A stretch of 64,000 nt of DNA from Camelus ferus. Taxonomy: Eukaryota. Positions 12,363 through 26,306 of this stretch are shown here, piece after piece. The translations under genes and the position numbers were made by a program. Within the stretch, counting starts at the first letter, position 1. Each line of letters starts with the position of its first letter. The stretch covers positions 7,070,001 to 7,134,000 of the forward strand of contig NC_045696.1 in assembly GCF_009834535.1 (NCBI RefSeq). The letters are read 5' to 3'. The notes beneath the pieces are model-generated. The model did no database searches. It had not been told where the DNA came from and was given only the letters and a program-made list of their open reading frames with translations.

Positions 12363-13283
12363 ACCCAGCATGTACAAAGGTACTGCAGAACACAACTTCT
12401 AAATGATGTACATAGGTGTATAATTAATGTAGGTTTAGATACATAACTTTAGAAATGAGACAAAAAAAAAGATTCCCAAAGTACAGTAGGCATTTCTGTT
12501 CCGATGTCTCTGTTTTCTGGATTTCTTTGGTCCCACTGACCTCTGGCCCTTTAGTGCATGGCCTTTGTTCTGTGTCCCAGACTGGCAGCCGTTTGGGTAC
12601 CTCTGTTCCCTTGCTAAACCTTTCGTTGAATCTAATAAGCCATAGGTCTGGGGGAAGTTTGGAGGTCCAGGAGATGGCAACACCCACCACCAATATACTG
12701 ATTTACTGTGAAATGTTTACAAAACTGAGGTCTCTTTTTTAAGACATCAAGGACCTCGCCGACTAGCCTGGGGGAGAATTCCAGGAGGAGGCCACGCTCT
12801 GGCACATTACCAGTCATGTGTTCATGCTTTTCAAGTGAGCTCTTACCCTTTGTAGCACAACAGTTTGAGAAACTTTTCTTCTGTAAAACCATTGATTCTC
12901 CAGCTGTTCCACTCTACCATCACAAGAAACGACAGACTATTAAAAAATGAGACATGATTAAGTTAGTAGAAGATGGTTTGGGTCTAAAGTCAAGAAATTC
13001 ATGATGCAAGAAGTCGGTAAAGTATCTTGTAATCACTGATCTCACACACTTTGACTCCATCTGGCACTCTTCCTGTGGCTGGGGGCTTACCCATCAGCAT
13101 TTCTTGCATGGGTACTTTTTTTTAATGAAATTACCACAGTTCAACATTCAAAGATTAGATCAACAATTTTGGCGACTGTCTAAGAAATCTCTCTAGAGTA
13201 TGCCAGAGGTTAGAAATCAAATCCAAGGTAACTCCCAATCAAAGAAAATTTTTAAAAAACTAGTCTTAATTCATTGTAATCTA

Positions 13284-13602
<319 letters not shown>

Positions 13603-16429
13603 ACCATATTGTGTTCTGAGAATCTAATTTTCAAAATGAAAAAAAAATGTTCAAATGGAAAAATAAAAAAAGGAAGAGAATCTTAGACAAAACCTCAAGG
13701 GCAGGTGGAGATTTTGCACTGAAACAGATCTTTCACATTAATTTTGCATTTATAAACTGTATGTTCCCTAACACAATTGACCGTCATAAATATTCATTGA
13801 CTGGATGCAAGTTCATTTTCAGCTCCTACAGCTGTGCTCAGTTTGAGGCTCTGCACCATGCAGGTCAAAGGTCTCAAACTAGCTGTCCCTCCTTGTCGCC
13901 CTTGCCTTCCCTGACCAGATAGCACAGGCCTTCACTGTAGTTCGGGGACCCTGTCTACTGAAACACATGTCCCAGAGATAAGGAAAGTGGCTCCTCAGTC
14001 TGACATGGGGGTCTCTCTTCTCCCACTTCTGACACCTTGCATCAAGACAACCGCTTCTTGGCACTGACCTTATGGAAAGCAAAACTGTTCACCATAGCTC
14101 TTCCCTGTTTGCCAACATTTCATTTTCCCATTGAATATCTGTTGAATCATTTATTCATCCCACTCACTCTACAGAGGAGGTTGTAGTTGAGGAGGAGGAG
14201 GAGGGCGCCCCATGCACTTCCTGCAGGCTGTGGGGAGGTACTGTGGCCTTACCTCTCACTGTAGCCTTATGAAGGGTGCTCTTGCCTTGGGGGCGCTAAC
14301 CCTGGACCATCACCAGAGTTGCAGGGCGAGGCGTGGTAGCACAAAGCAAAATCAGCTGGGGCTGCAAACAGTCTGCTAATTTAGCTCTTGAAGACTCAGT
14401 GGGCCTTTTGAATCCATTGCTAAGGCTTAAAGGGCGCGCAGCTTGGGGCCCTTCAGCACGACCGCACGAAGAGCCCTGGCAGCCCTCGGGTCACGCACAC
14501 GCGTCAGTCCTGTGTCTGTGACAGGGCGCCTGGGTATGAGGTCTCTCCCTGTTTCTCCCTGTTTTTGGTATCAATGTAGTTGGAGAAAGAATATGAAACC
14601 AAATCTCATTTTTGTAATGGGAGCCTCTGAACCTTTAAGTGAGGATGCTCCAAAAGAACCTTTTATTAGAATGTCCCTATCAAACATGTCTATTTTTCTA
14701 CAATTATTGATAACAGTTTAACAGTGTATTTTGTGTCAACTGTTAAAATTTGGAACTGAAAGAACCTCATCAAGACTGAATTTTTCTAAGTAGCAAGTGT
14801 TGAATGGTGTTTTTCATTAAGACAGTCCAGCAAAAATGACCTTAAAATTTCTGCCCATTCTACTCCACCATATCCAGTCTCTGTTCCATCTCCACTCACT
14901 TTGCTAGCAAATCAAGTGCTATAGAAATAAATAAGCCTATTTTAATGCATCAGTACTCATAATGAATGAGGACCACTCTCAACCTGGTATTTTGGTCTGT
15001 TGGTTGGTGTATTTAAGTCCCTTTCCCATAAAAGCATCATGGTATCCATTAGCCAGATAAGAACTTGGGACTAAAGGGTTACAGTTTGCCACAGTTGACC
15101 CCAATCTGAAGAAAAGGGCAGACTCAGCTGGGAACATGACCTCCCCAAGGGCTGCTAAGACCCTCAGATTCTCATTGCCACCCACCCCAACATGCTTTCC
15201 AACTGGAAGAGCACCTATTCATTTATAAGGCAGCGTTATGTAACTAACGACGTTGTTTGTTTTGGGCTGTCCCCTGAGCAAACTATACCCTTTTGGATTA
15301 ACACACTTGCAATCACTGTAACGTCTGGTCATTGCTTTTCCATCCCTTCAAAATATGGCGTTCCAGCCTGGCTGGTCCAGTTAGGTAGACACTTTATGTC
15401 CACAAGAAGGAAATCTCTCTTCCCCCACTCCCTCCCTCTATCTGTCCCTCTCTCTTTTTCTCTTTCCCTGGTTCTCCGGTTCTGGATCCATTTATTTAGT
15501 TCAGTATTTTATGTTCCCTATCAGAAATCGAGCTACTGTCTCTAAAAATGTCAATCTATTTCTTAAGCACAATGTTCTCTTGCCAGTTTAACCAAACTAG
15601 GGCTCTGAAATGTCTCTTTTTCATGATATTCTAATTAAAAAATTATTCATGACTTCTTTCAAAAGCCTAAGTTTTGAAGTCTCTAAGCAATATTCTTATG
15701 TTTTCCCTCCTATGTTTTCTTACATTTCAGGTGTCTTACTTTATCCCCTTTGCTTTTTTATTTAGATTAAAGCCAGGGTCTTTGGGGTGTTCAGAAACTG
15801 TTTATAAAGTTGGGAGCTGGTGGACAGAGAAAGAGACTATAAAAATTCCATTAGAAAACTACCTGAACTCACCAAAAGACTGTGGAATCATTTGATTAGC
15901 TAAATGATTCAAGATTTAAAAAATTAAGATATTCATAGTCATTTCCAAAACAGCTTGTCAATAGTCTGACTAGTTTTGATCCTTTCTTTCCTTGACTTGG
16001 ATAATACTCTGTGTGATTCAGAGAGTCATAAGGTAGTTGAAAATTAAATGCCCTACATAGCTGGTAAACATTATCTTTTGTGATTTCCTTTCAAAGGATG
16101 GCTATAAAGTCAAAAATAAAGGCAACATATATGCAATAGATGATTCATTGATATTGCAGTATAATATAGTAAAATAATAATATCTTGCTTCTAGACTTTA
16201 TGGCCAACTTGTGTTTAAGATAAGGTTATCCTTCAGTTTAAAATTGAGTAAAACCATACTTCTTCCTAATATATATCTGCCCTTAACATCTTGAAGAGCA
16301 TCTGATGCAGAGTGTCTTATCTAGAAGTCAAAATTCTGTTAAGCTACTATTTGATTTGGACAAAGCACAGTATGTACAATAATAACAAATCGATATCACA
16401 CCCCACATCGTGTGGTGTTTTGGAGCATC

Positions 16430-16600
16430 CAGAGCGCTTGCACAAATTATCTCGTTAATTCTAATCCACCATGAGAGCTTTGTACTATAATTTACACTTT
16501 ACAGACGGAAAACTAGGGTTTGGGCAAACTGAGTAATTTCTCCAAGGCTCCAAGGCCAGTCAGTCACAGATCCTGGTCTCAAATCCAGGTACTGGGGCTT
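16430..16600 (-). mobile_element. MIR SINE
   Basis: ttttacagacggaaaactaggg...gagtaatttctccaaggctcc...cagtcagt is the reverse MIR core. Confidence 0.6.
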
Positions 16601-16626
16601 AAACCATGGGCTCTTTTTACTATAAA

Positions 16627-16949
16627 AAGGGTCGGAAAACCAAATCTGCTCACAGAATCTGGCCCACTGCCTGTTCTTGCACCCCTTGTGAGCTACGAAT
16701 GATTTTACATTTTTAAATGGTTGGGGGAAGAAAAAAATTAAGAGAAGAATATTTTGTGACATGCAAAAATTATATAAAATTCAAATTTCAGTGTTCATAA
16801 ATAAAGTTTTATTGATATTGGTTTATGGATTGCTTATGACTGCTTTCACAATATACAGCAGAGGTGAGTTAATTAAAACAGAGGCCACACAGCCAGATGA
16901 CTAAAGTATTACTCTCTGACCCTTTCCAGGAAAAGTTTGCCAACCCCAG
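16627..16949. mobile_element. MER58B-type hAT-Charlie non-autonomous DNA transposon
   Basis: Terminal inverted repeat-like ends gggtcggaaaac and agtttgccaacccc, with internal aaattcaaatttcagtgttcataaataaagttttattg. Confidence 0.75.
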
Positions 16950-17045
16950 TACTGTACTATTAAATACTATTAGTACCACTAATTACTTTCACATATTGTG
17001 CTATACTGTTAAGAGATCCTTGGACAACTTAGAGTAATGAGGTTC

Positions 17046-17091
17046 TTTTCCAGTATAAATCTATTTTCCAGTATAAATCTATTTCCAGTAT
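17046..17091. repeat. 18-bp tandem repeat (ttttccagtataaatcta) x ~2.5
   Basis: Copies at 17046-17063 and 17064-17081, plus a partial copy at 17082-17091. Confidence 0.9.
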
Positions 17092-20000
17092 TGCTCATAG
17101 GTTTGTTCAAGGAAAAATAACTCTTTTGGGAGGGAGGGGGGCGGGTAAGAGAGACAGCTGCTTCACAGGACTTTGTGTTGAGTCTCAGAAAAAAAACTCC
17201 TTCCTTTTCATAACCATTCCCCCAAGGATGGTAAATAGAGTAAACAGCCAGGCAGGATTCAGTGGCAGCTCAGAAAGTGATGTGGTAAAACTATTCACAG
17301 ATGAACGATAAAGAAACAGGAATTCTCAGTCCCAGGATTGAGCTATTGCTTCCCAAGTACACAAAGGCACTTAAATATGTAGATAGTTGGGCCATGAGTC
17401 TCTGCTGAGTGGGGGGAACTGGATTTGCAGTAGGTACCTCACATCCAACCAACTTCCCCTCCCCTACAAGCCTTCTCTCTAATGCTCTCCTGGAGCAGAA
17501 CTAACCAGACTGCTGAGCTGTCTCTCCATCTTCCTTCGTAAGTTTCCTCTAGCCCACAATTAATCAACGTGGTAAGAAGAACTTCGAACCACCACTCTTG
17601 TTTAATTGTACTAGAGCTGGCTCCCTGTAGCTATTCAGCTAAAAGTTTAACATGCAAGTAAAAATGAAATGCTTCTCTTAGAAAACAAACAGGTTCTTTG
17701 AAAAGAGTTCAGAGAGAAACAGAGGCGTAGTGAAGGGTTGTTGGGTTGTTTGCTGCTTTCTGAGTCTGAAGCACAAAATAAAGGCTGGTAATTACAGAAA
17801 TATTGGATGGAAGGAATCCAGACAATGGAGTTTTGAGATAAATCAATGACATTCTTTAAATCACTAAGCTGAACTCACTTGTATTCTAAGGAAGCATTTC
17901 CAAAACCAGACATAGGTCAGCCAAGCTAGGTTTTTTTTTTTAATCTCTTTAGTTCTATTCCAAATATATCAGGTTCTCTTATGAGTGCTTTCTTGGAAAT
18001 TAGGTGGGAAAGAAAAAATTTTGTAATAAATCATTGTGATGTTGTATTGCTGACAGATAAATGATGGAAAGTGAGATGGATTTGGTCCTGTGTCTGAAAC
18101 TAAGCAGGTGATGGTATCTGCGATCACGCAAAAAGCTCGAGACCCTGCAACTGCCTGGAACAGCATAATAACTAAGTGGGAGGGGGAAAAAATCTCGAAG
18201 TTCAACACCATAAAACTGAAATAAATGTTACAAGGAGTCAAACTTGTACTTGGCCTCATTGCCTTGGTGAAAGAAAGCTTCATGCAACCACCTAATTCAA
18301 ATAGGAGAGTCATGGGGAAAGGAGGACAAAATAACCCTCAAAAGAATAGTTCACTGAAGTAGTCAACAGGACTAAGTGATTGAGACTTATCACCAGTGAG
18401 AAGTGGTATTTATAAAGTTATTTTTAGACACTACCCCACTAGGCATCAATCCTAATGTGCTCTATAGTCAGCTAGGGCATTGGGACCACACAGGCAACAG
18501 ATCTTGGTTCCAGAGAACTAAATGTTCCTACTGACAAAGTGTGATTAACCATTTCAAGATTAAGGCTACGCACCCATTGTATGAACACTGAATCATGAAT
18601 ACTGTGACATCAACCAGCCAATCTTTATAAGAATAGGAAGGGCTGCTTTTCTCAGGCAATGTAAATGTCTGCTACCAACAGGCACTAGTTAAATGCACAT
18701 GTAATTCATCATCATTTCTAAAGTTCTAATAGAAGACATAAAATCACCATCCAAAGGAATGAGATCCCAGGAGCCTAAGATCAGATCTCTTTGGCGACTA
18801 AAACCCCAGTCCAAGCTGAATGCCTTATGGAATAGATCAGTATTGGGTCTATCAGCATGAAACACAACTAGCAGAACTGGGTCAGCTGGAGCTCGAAGGG
18901 CTGGGTTCCCAGCAGCTGCGCATGGTTGGAACCTCTGGGTCTTTAGCCAGCATTCTCAGGCAAGGAGAAGGAACACTGTTCTCAGATCCCCCCATAGCAG
19001 ATGCCATCCTGGCATCATCCCTCAGCATGGCTGTCTGTGGGGCTGGGGATAAGCTATACCCTCCCTCGTCTCTTGGCTCAGCCTGGGGTAGTCCAGAAGT
19101 CTTGGTCGTGGCCACCACCTCTCTGGGTGAGCCTCTCCCTCCAGCTGGTTTCTGCCCATCCACACAATGACCCCCCAGAAGTGTCTGCTGGGAACCCTGT
19201 GTCTTCTGAGCTTCTCTTGGCCAGCACTCTGGACCCCAGAGAGCACCCATCTGGGTGAGGGATGATGACACTCCCTAGAAGACCTGAAGTAAGACCTTTG
19301 GAGCCCCCTATGCACAGGGGCGCTTCTCCCACATGTAAGTCAAAATCAAAAAACACAAACACATAAATAGAGTAAGTGTAAGAAAGTCCAAAAAAGTTCT
19401 CATTTCCCATGGTGATGACCTCACTGCCTCTTTTTCCCTTTACATATCTAGTTCTTCAAATTCTGGAAATTCTCACTTTTGGGTATCACAGTGCTGAGTA
19501 CACACTTGGTTGGCTCATCGGCCACTTCCGCCATCTCCCTAGATGAGCTGACCCTGTTCCCTCTTTTTAAGTAAGAGGTCTTGATCTGTTCAAATCCACT
19601 CCACAACCAAACAAATGCTGCCCCAAGTCAAGAAATCTTACATCCCGTCCCTTTCCTGTGACAGAGCCACCAAATGAGGCAGCAACATCAAGGGTCTTTT
19701 TTTGATTTGCAAGTGTCACCTCTGGATGGCAACACTTGGAGATACAACTTAGGCTATCCCCAGGTGCCCACACAGCTGTCACATCACTGCAAGTTGTCAA
19801 CCAAGCGTTCTACCCAGCAACTCTTTCTGAATTTCCTCCCCGGATAACCACCAAAGTCATCTTTCCTGGTACCTTCCTCTGAGCATTCATTCCGTTCATA
19901 AGCAGCAGCCAAGAACCTATCACTGGGGCTAGTCCTATTTCTTATCACTTCATTGTCCACCATCAGTTTTAACTGAGCATGTAATCTCTTCATAGTCTGA

Positions 20001-21674
20001 CCTCCTGAGATGAAAAAGTAGAATATTTGGTTCCTGCCCCATAGACATGAGACACTGAGAGCCCACGAGTGATGGTTGGGCATTATGACATCAGTCCATA
20101 ACTGAATAAAGGATCCATGAAGTCTTGTGCTGAAGAGACAGGTGGATCATTTCCAGGGAAATCTTCTTGTTCATGTGATTAGGCTAGCCAGTTTGCCAAT
20201 GATAGTCCTAAATATCTTTATTCAGACCAATGAGTCTGCATCTAAAATGAGAGTCACACAAGGACAGCAGTGAACCCTCACATGTGTGCAGGACTCTGAA
20301 ATGATGACCCAAATATCTGTCAGTGCAAAGTGGTCATTCCTATTCCACCATCTGCACAGACTGTGCACCGGGGAAAAACCTAGTGCCTATGTGGTGTGTG
20401 GTTATCCAGGATGCGCATGGCTGCTGACATAGCAACCCACAGCCTATCAGCCTATCAGCATGGACCACTCCATGTAGTCTTTGATGAAAACTGGCAGTGG
20501 CCCGAGGGGACTGAGGCTCCCCAGGACTGCTCCAGCTGTAGATAGCCTTGAGGGAAACTGAGGAGACATGAGGCAGTGCCCAGGCAAATAGGTACTCACA
20601 CAGCATGTCAGGTATAAGATATCCCTACCCCTTCTTCCTAGGATGGCCTGCACTTAGGTGGCCAAACTGCTCCTAAAAAGCTACTCTTTAAGCCATCATC
20701 CCCATACACACACATTCCCACAACCAAATCACATTTGCCTTTAAAAAAAAAAAAAGATTCCAAAATCAAAACTAAATTCACATCATCTGATGTAACAGAT
20801 GTCCAAAGAAAAGCAATCTTATTAATCTCTGCCTAAAAGATTAAGATTAATACAAAATAAAGAGTTAGATAGTGTTTCAATAATAAGCCCACGTACAAAC
20901 AATGGCGATTTTTAAAATTTACTTACGAATTCTTTTAGAAAACCTAATTTCATATCAGAGATGTTCACGTTTGCCCCCAGGATGCGAAGTCCCCCAAATA
21001 CCATTTCTCCTCAAACTTGCCATTTTCCACCTCACTTTGAACCTGAGAAAAGATTCCTCGACGTCAGTATGAAAGTAAAGTGGAATTTAGCACTGAAGCT
21101 TTCAGATTTAAATTCAGTCTGGCCCCAGGAATCATGCCAGTATAAACTCTGCTAACCAGGAACAACTCCGCAGCAGTCCTACTGGACACCAGCCTCAGGG
21201 AAACGGGGGACTTGGTGGTGCTCAAGAAGATGGCCTGCTTCCTGTGAGAGGAGCTTAGTGTGCAGATCTCTGAGTCATGCCCGCACTGTGCAAGTCGGGC
21301 CAGACCAGATCCCAGAGTCTGCAGTTCACCTGGTCAGCTGACCATGCTCGGATGGGGTGTGAGGGAATAAATGAGAATGTTCTGCAGCCTGAGCACCTGC
21401 ACTGGAAGACTTGACTTCCATCTTATTTTCTGATTCTATTACAACAGGCATCAACAAAACACGTGGCCTGTTCTCCTGTGGTTCCTCTCTATTTGTATCT
21501 TCATATGAGTTTTTTCCCCCTTTTCTAAAAGAAAAAAGCCTCCTCTAAACATTACACAATGCAGTGGTAGTTTCCAGTCTTTTGTAAGTAACACATTAAC
21601 TGAAAAATGCAACAACCCTCTCCCTGCTCCCCACATACACATATATATACATATACACAAATACACATGAACTT

Positions 21675-21681
21675 ACACACA

Positions 21682-21713
<32 letters not shown>
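21675..21713. repeat. (CA)n microsatellite
   Basis: Directly visible. Confidence 0.95.
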
Positions 21714-22014
21714 GCCTTCCCAATCAGTTATGAGCTGGTCCTCATAAATGAATTTCCAGAAAACTGAAGCCTTAAGAGTAACAGTCACTTCCCCTCTGCC
21801 CCCCTCACCATCACTGTGGGATTCTTTCTAAAATGCACCATACGCTTCCCTGAACCTACAGGAAACAGGTCATAAAGTAACCTTTCTTTTCAGTGGTATG
21901 TAGAAAACCTGGATTCAGTCTGAGGAGGCCAGGATTCTGGTCCTGGTTCCATCCCCAGATGAGCCATCAGGTCTTGGATAAATTAGTGAGCTGCTTTGAG
22001 ATGGATTTCTCATC

Positions 22015-24470
22015 TTTTTTTAAATTAATAAACTTTATTTTCTTAAAGCAGTTTTAGTTCCACAGCAAAGTTGAGTGGAAAATATAGAGAGTTGCCACAT
22101 CCCCCTGTCCCCACACAGACACAACCTCCCCCATTATCAACATCCCCCTCCAAAGTGGTACCTTTGTCACAACTGATAAACCTATGTTGACTTATCATTA
22201 TCACCCAAAGTCCATAGTTCACATTAAGGTTCACTCTTGGTGTTGTACATTTTATGAGTTTTGACAAATGCATGACGTATAATGACATGTATGCACAACT
22301 GCAGTATCATACAGAATAGCTTCACTGCCCTAAAACTCTGTGCTCTGCCTATTTATCTCTCCCTCCCCCTAAACCTTGGCAACCACTAATCTTTTCACTT
22401 TCTCCATAGTTTTGTCTTGTCCACAATGTCATGTAGTTGGAATCATGCAGTACACAACCTTTAGAGGTTAGCTTCTGTCATTTAATAATACAATACACAT
22501 TTAAGGTTCTCCATGTCTTTTCATGGTTTGGTAGCTCATTTCTTTTTAGTGCTGAGCAATGCTCCTCTGTCTGGATGTACCACAGCTTGTTTATCCATTC
22601 ACTTACTGAAGGACATCTTGGTTGCTTCCAGGTTTTGACAATGATGAATAAAGCTGCTGTAAACATTTGTGTGCAGGTTTTTTGTGTAAGCATAAAGTTT
22701 TTATTCATTTGGGTAAATAAATACCAAGGAGCATGATTGCTGGATCACAGGAAAAAACTATGTTTAGTTTTGTAAGAAACAGCCAAACTGTCTTCCAAAG
22801 TGGCTGTATCATTTTGCATTCCCATCAACAATGAATGATAATTCCTGTTGCTCCACATGCTTGTCAGCATTTAGTGTTGTCAGCGTTTTGGATTTTGAAT
22901 GTTCTAATAGGGGTACACTGGTATCTCATTGTTTTCATTTGCATTTCCCTGGTGATATAGGATGTGGAACATCTTTTCATATGTTTGCTTGTTTGTCATT
23001 GTATTTCATCTTTGATGAAGTGTCTGTCCAGGTCTTTGCCTATTTTTCAATCAGGTTGTTTTCTTACTGTTAAGTTTTAAGAGTTCTTTGTATACTTTGG
23101 ACAATAGTCCTTTATCAGATGAATCTTTTGCAAATATTTTCTCGCAGTCTGTGATTTGTCTTCTCATTCTGTTGACCGTGTCTTTTGCAGAGCAGAAAAA
23201 TTTTAATTTTAATGGAGACCAGCTTATCAATTCTTTCCTTCTTGAAACATGTCATTGGTGCTGCATTTTAAAAGTCATTGCCATACCCAAGCTCATCTGG
23301 GTTTTCTCAAAAGTTCTCTTTGAGGAGGTTTATTGTTTTGCATTTTACATCTAAATCCATGATTCATTTTGAGTTAATTTTTGGAAAGGGTGCAAGGTCT
23401 TTGTCTAGATTATTTTTTTTTCTGTATGTGAATGTACATTTTTTTCCAGCATCATTTGTTGAAAAGACTATCTTTGCTCCATTGTATTGCCTTTGTTCTT
23501 TTGTCAAAGATGAGTTAACTGTATTTATGTGGGTCTATTTCCAGCCTCTCTATTCTGTTCTATTCATCTGTTTGTTCTTTCACCAGTATCACACTGTGTT
23601 AATTACTGTAGATTTATAGTAAGCCTTGAGGTTGGGTAGTGTCAATCCTCCAACTTTGTTCTTCTCCTTCAATATTGAGTTGGCTATTTTGGGTCTTTTG
23701 TTTCTCCATGTAAACTTTAGAATCAGTCTGTCAATATCCATAAAATAACTTGGTGGGATTTTGACTGAAATTGCTTTGAATCTATTGGTCAATCTGGAAA
23801 GAACTGACATCTTCACAACATTGAGTCTTTCTATCCATGAACATGGAATATCTCTCCATTTATTTAGTTCATCTTTGATATCACTCATCAGAGTTTTGTA
23901 GTTTTTCTCATATATATTTTATTAGATTTAAACCTAAGTATTTAACTTGGGGGAATGTTAATGTAAATGATGGTGTATTTTTAATTTCAAATTCCACTTG
24001 TTCATTGCTGGTATATAGGAAAGTGATTGACTTTTTGTGTATTAACCCTGTATCCTGCAACCTTGCTACCATGGAGTATTAGTTCCAAGAGTCTTTTTGT
24101 TGATTCTTTCAGATTTTCTACATGGACAAGTATGTCATTTTCAAACAAAGACATTTTTATTTCTTCCTTCTCAGTCCTTCTAAGCACTGCTTTCACTGCA
24201 TCCCATGAATTTTGATAAGTTGTATTTTCATTTAGTTCAAAATTTTTTTAATTCTCAAGATTTCTGCTTTAACTTATGTGTTATTGAGATGTGTATTATT
24301 GAATCTCCTTTTTCTATCTATCTTTCTGTTATTGATTCCTAGCTAAATTCCACTGTGGTCTAAAACAGACATTGCATGAGTTCTATTCTTTGGAGTTTGT
24401 TAAGGTGGTTTTATGCCCCAGAATGTGGTCTATCTTGGTGAATATTTTATGTAAGCTTGAGGAAAAACTC
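22015..24470 (-). mobile_element. old LINE-1 (L1MC-like), 3' end plus degenerate ORF2 reverse-transcriptase region
   Basis: Minus-strand ORF remnants DIKDELNKWRDIPCSWIERLNVVKMSVL, EEIKMSLFENDILVHVENLKESTKRLLELI (decayed FADD motif) and CTQMFTAALFIIVKTWKQPRCPS. Poly-T tail at ~22015. Confidence 0.92.
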
Positions 24471-24981
24471 TGTCTGCTATTACTTTCATCTTTTTTCAGC
24501 AGGGATTTGAATCTTACAATCTCTGCTTCTCTGATTCTAATCTCAGTTTTAATCTACACCACCATTAGATCTGATCTATACCACCCTTACACTAAATAGC
24601 TCAAATGGTTTAGCTTTAAAGTCTTAGCTGCTCTTAATAGTTTCATATATTCTTTTGCTGGCATGGTGAAATTTCACTACCATCCATATGCTTGTCTCCA
24701 GCATCCCCTCGCCAACCACATCCTCCTCTCCTCTCTTCTACCATCACTAAACCTGCAGCAAATAAACAAGTTGTGAGTTAGGTGCCTTCTAGACTAATGA
24801 GGTATTACTGGATAAGCACTATACTCTCCTGTACAGTAGAAAAATCCCCAAGGTAAGTTAGCATCTTTGATAGAAAATCGGTGCATGAACAACCCAATCA
24901 GCTCCAGCAGGTTACTGGCAACTTGCTTTTAACCCTAATGCAGCTCTACCTTCCCTGAAGCATGCATGTAGGACCCTAGGC

Positions 24982-24993
24982 TAAATAAACAAA

Positions 24994-25048
<55 letters not shown>

Positions 25049-25050
25049 AA
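24982..25050. repeat. (TAAA)n microsatellite
   Basis: Directly visible; 14 uninterrupted AAAT units from 24991. Confidence 0.97.
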
Positions 25051-26306
25051 CCAAGCAGAATACAATTAAGGAGGCAAGAAGCTCAAACCATAATAACATT
25101 TTAATTCAACTGCTTTATTTCAACTGTATCACTCTCTTCCACTATTAAATGAAAGATAATTCACTGTATTTGCCTTTCCTAATAAAATAGCACAATACTA
25201 AGGCCCAGAACATTTTCTATGGCCCTATAAAATACAAGGTTGTTCTGTGAGACATTTCCTAAGATAGGAAAAGAATATTATTCTGGAAAGTTCATTAGTT
25301 CAAAAGTTCTCAGCAGGGCCTAAATTTCACTAGTCTTTGTAATCTGAATCTATGAAATTGAGGGTAAGTCTTTGTCTGCTTTGAGTGCTGCATGTATGTT
25401 TCCATTGACCTGAAAGTTCTCATTCTTACCATCACACAGAACTATCAGGAACTATTTAAATAAAACAAAGCCCAGCCTCTCCCAGGACCAGGTCATCAAC
25501 TAGGGTGTCAGTGGGGTGCGTGTTGGTGTTCCAGGTCCAGTAACCATTCCTAGAGAATGCAGGTGTTCTCACAAGAGACAAGGCACAGACATACTTGATC
25601 TTCAACAATAATCCCAGAAATTCTTTTAAGAACTTGAGTTTTTGATAAATTTCTCTTACAGAGAAATAAAATGTTTCATTTTCAAGGCACACAAAATTCA
25701 CCAATACTGGGAGCAGGCATGCACTTGTATTTCCATTCTCAGGGATCTAAGCCACCGACTAAAACTAGACAAAGACAGAACTCGACTCAAAATAGTCTGA
25801 AAGCTGGTTGATGCTCCATATTTTGTTGTTCCAAGTCTACATTTGCTTGGCTGAGTACTGGCCCATGAACACTTGTAGTTCAGTGGTTGATGCCCAGGCA
25901 AGTTCCTCTGAGACTCCAAGAAATAGTGACTTCTTCTGCCCTCAACAAGTCTACAACCTATGGCTACCAGCTCCTGCCCTGTGATAACACATGCTGAGTG
26001 CATCGAGCCACACAAAAGCCCTGTGAGCAAATACTGACTCCCACTTTACAAATGAAGATACTGATGCATACGAGAGAAATTAACGTGTGCTAGTTTTAGG
26101 AATAAGACAACTTAATAGAGAGGGTCCAAAAACCTTTCTGAAATTTCAAGAAAGCATATCAGCTTCCATGTGAGCCATCAGGGCCGGCTTCCTCGGGAAG
26201 GAAGGGACATTTGTCCTGACATTCCTTGAGACTGGATGGGATTTGGAAGATACAGATCTGGGAGGAAGGGCCTTCCTTTCAGTCTGAGCAGGAGCCAGCA
26301 TGAGAG

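Noticed and set aside
11905..12402. 165-aa ORF directly after the KCNJ6 stop
   Set aside because: It has a TTG start, no recognisable homology, and lies in the 3' UTR across the poly(A) signal.
14451..14480. REST/RE1 site (TTCAGCAC...)
   Set aside because: Only the left half-site is present, with no GGACAG right half. The similar sequence at ~58680 also fails.
18820..19410. Cluster of overlapping 85-129-aa ORFs
   Set aside because: There is no domain similarity or splice-supported exon structure; this is a GC-richer UTR segment.
22043..24196. ORFs with reverse-transcriptase-like peptides
   Set aside because: They are fragmented L1 ORF2 with many stops and a decayed catalytic motif, not a functional gene or novel RT system.
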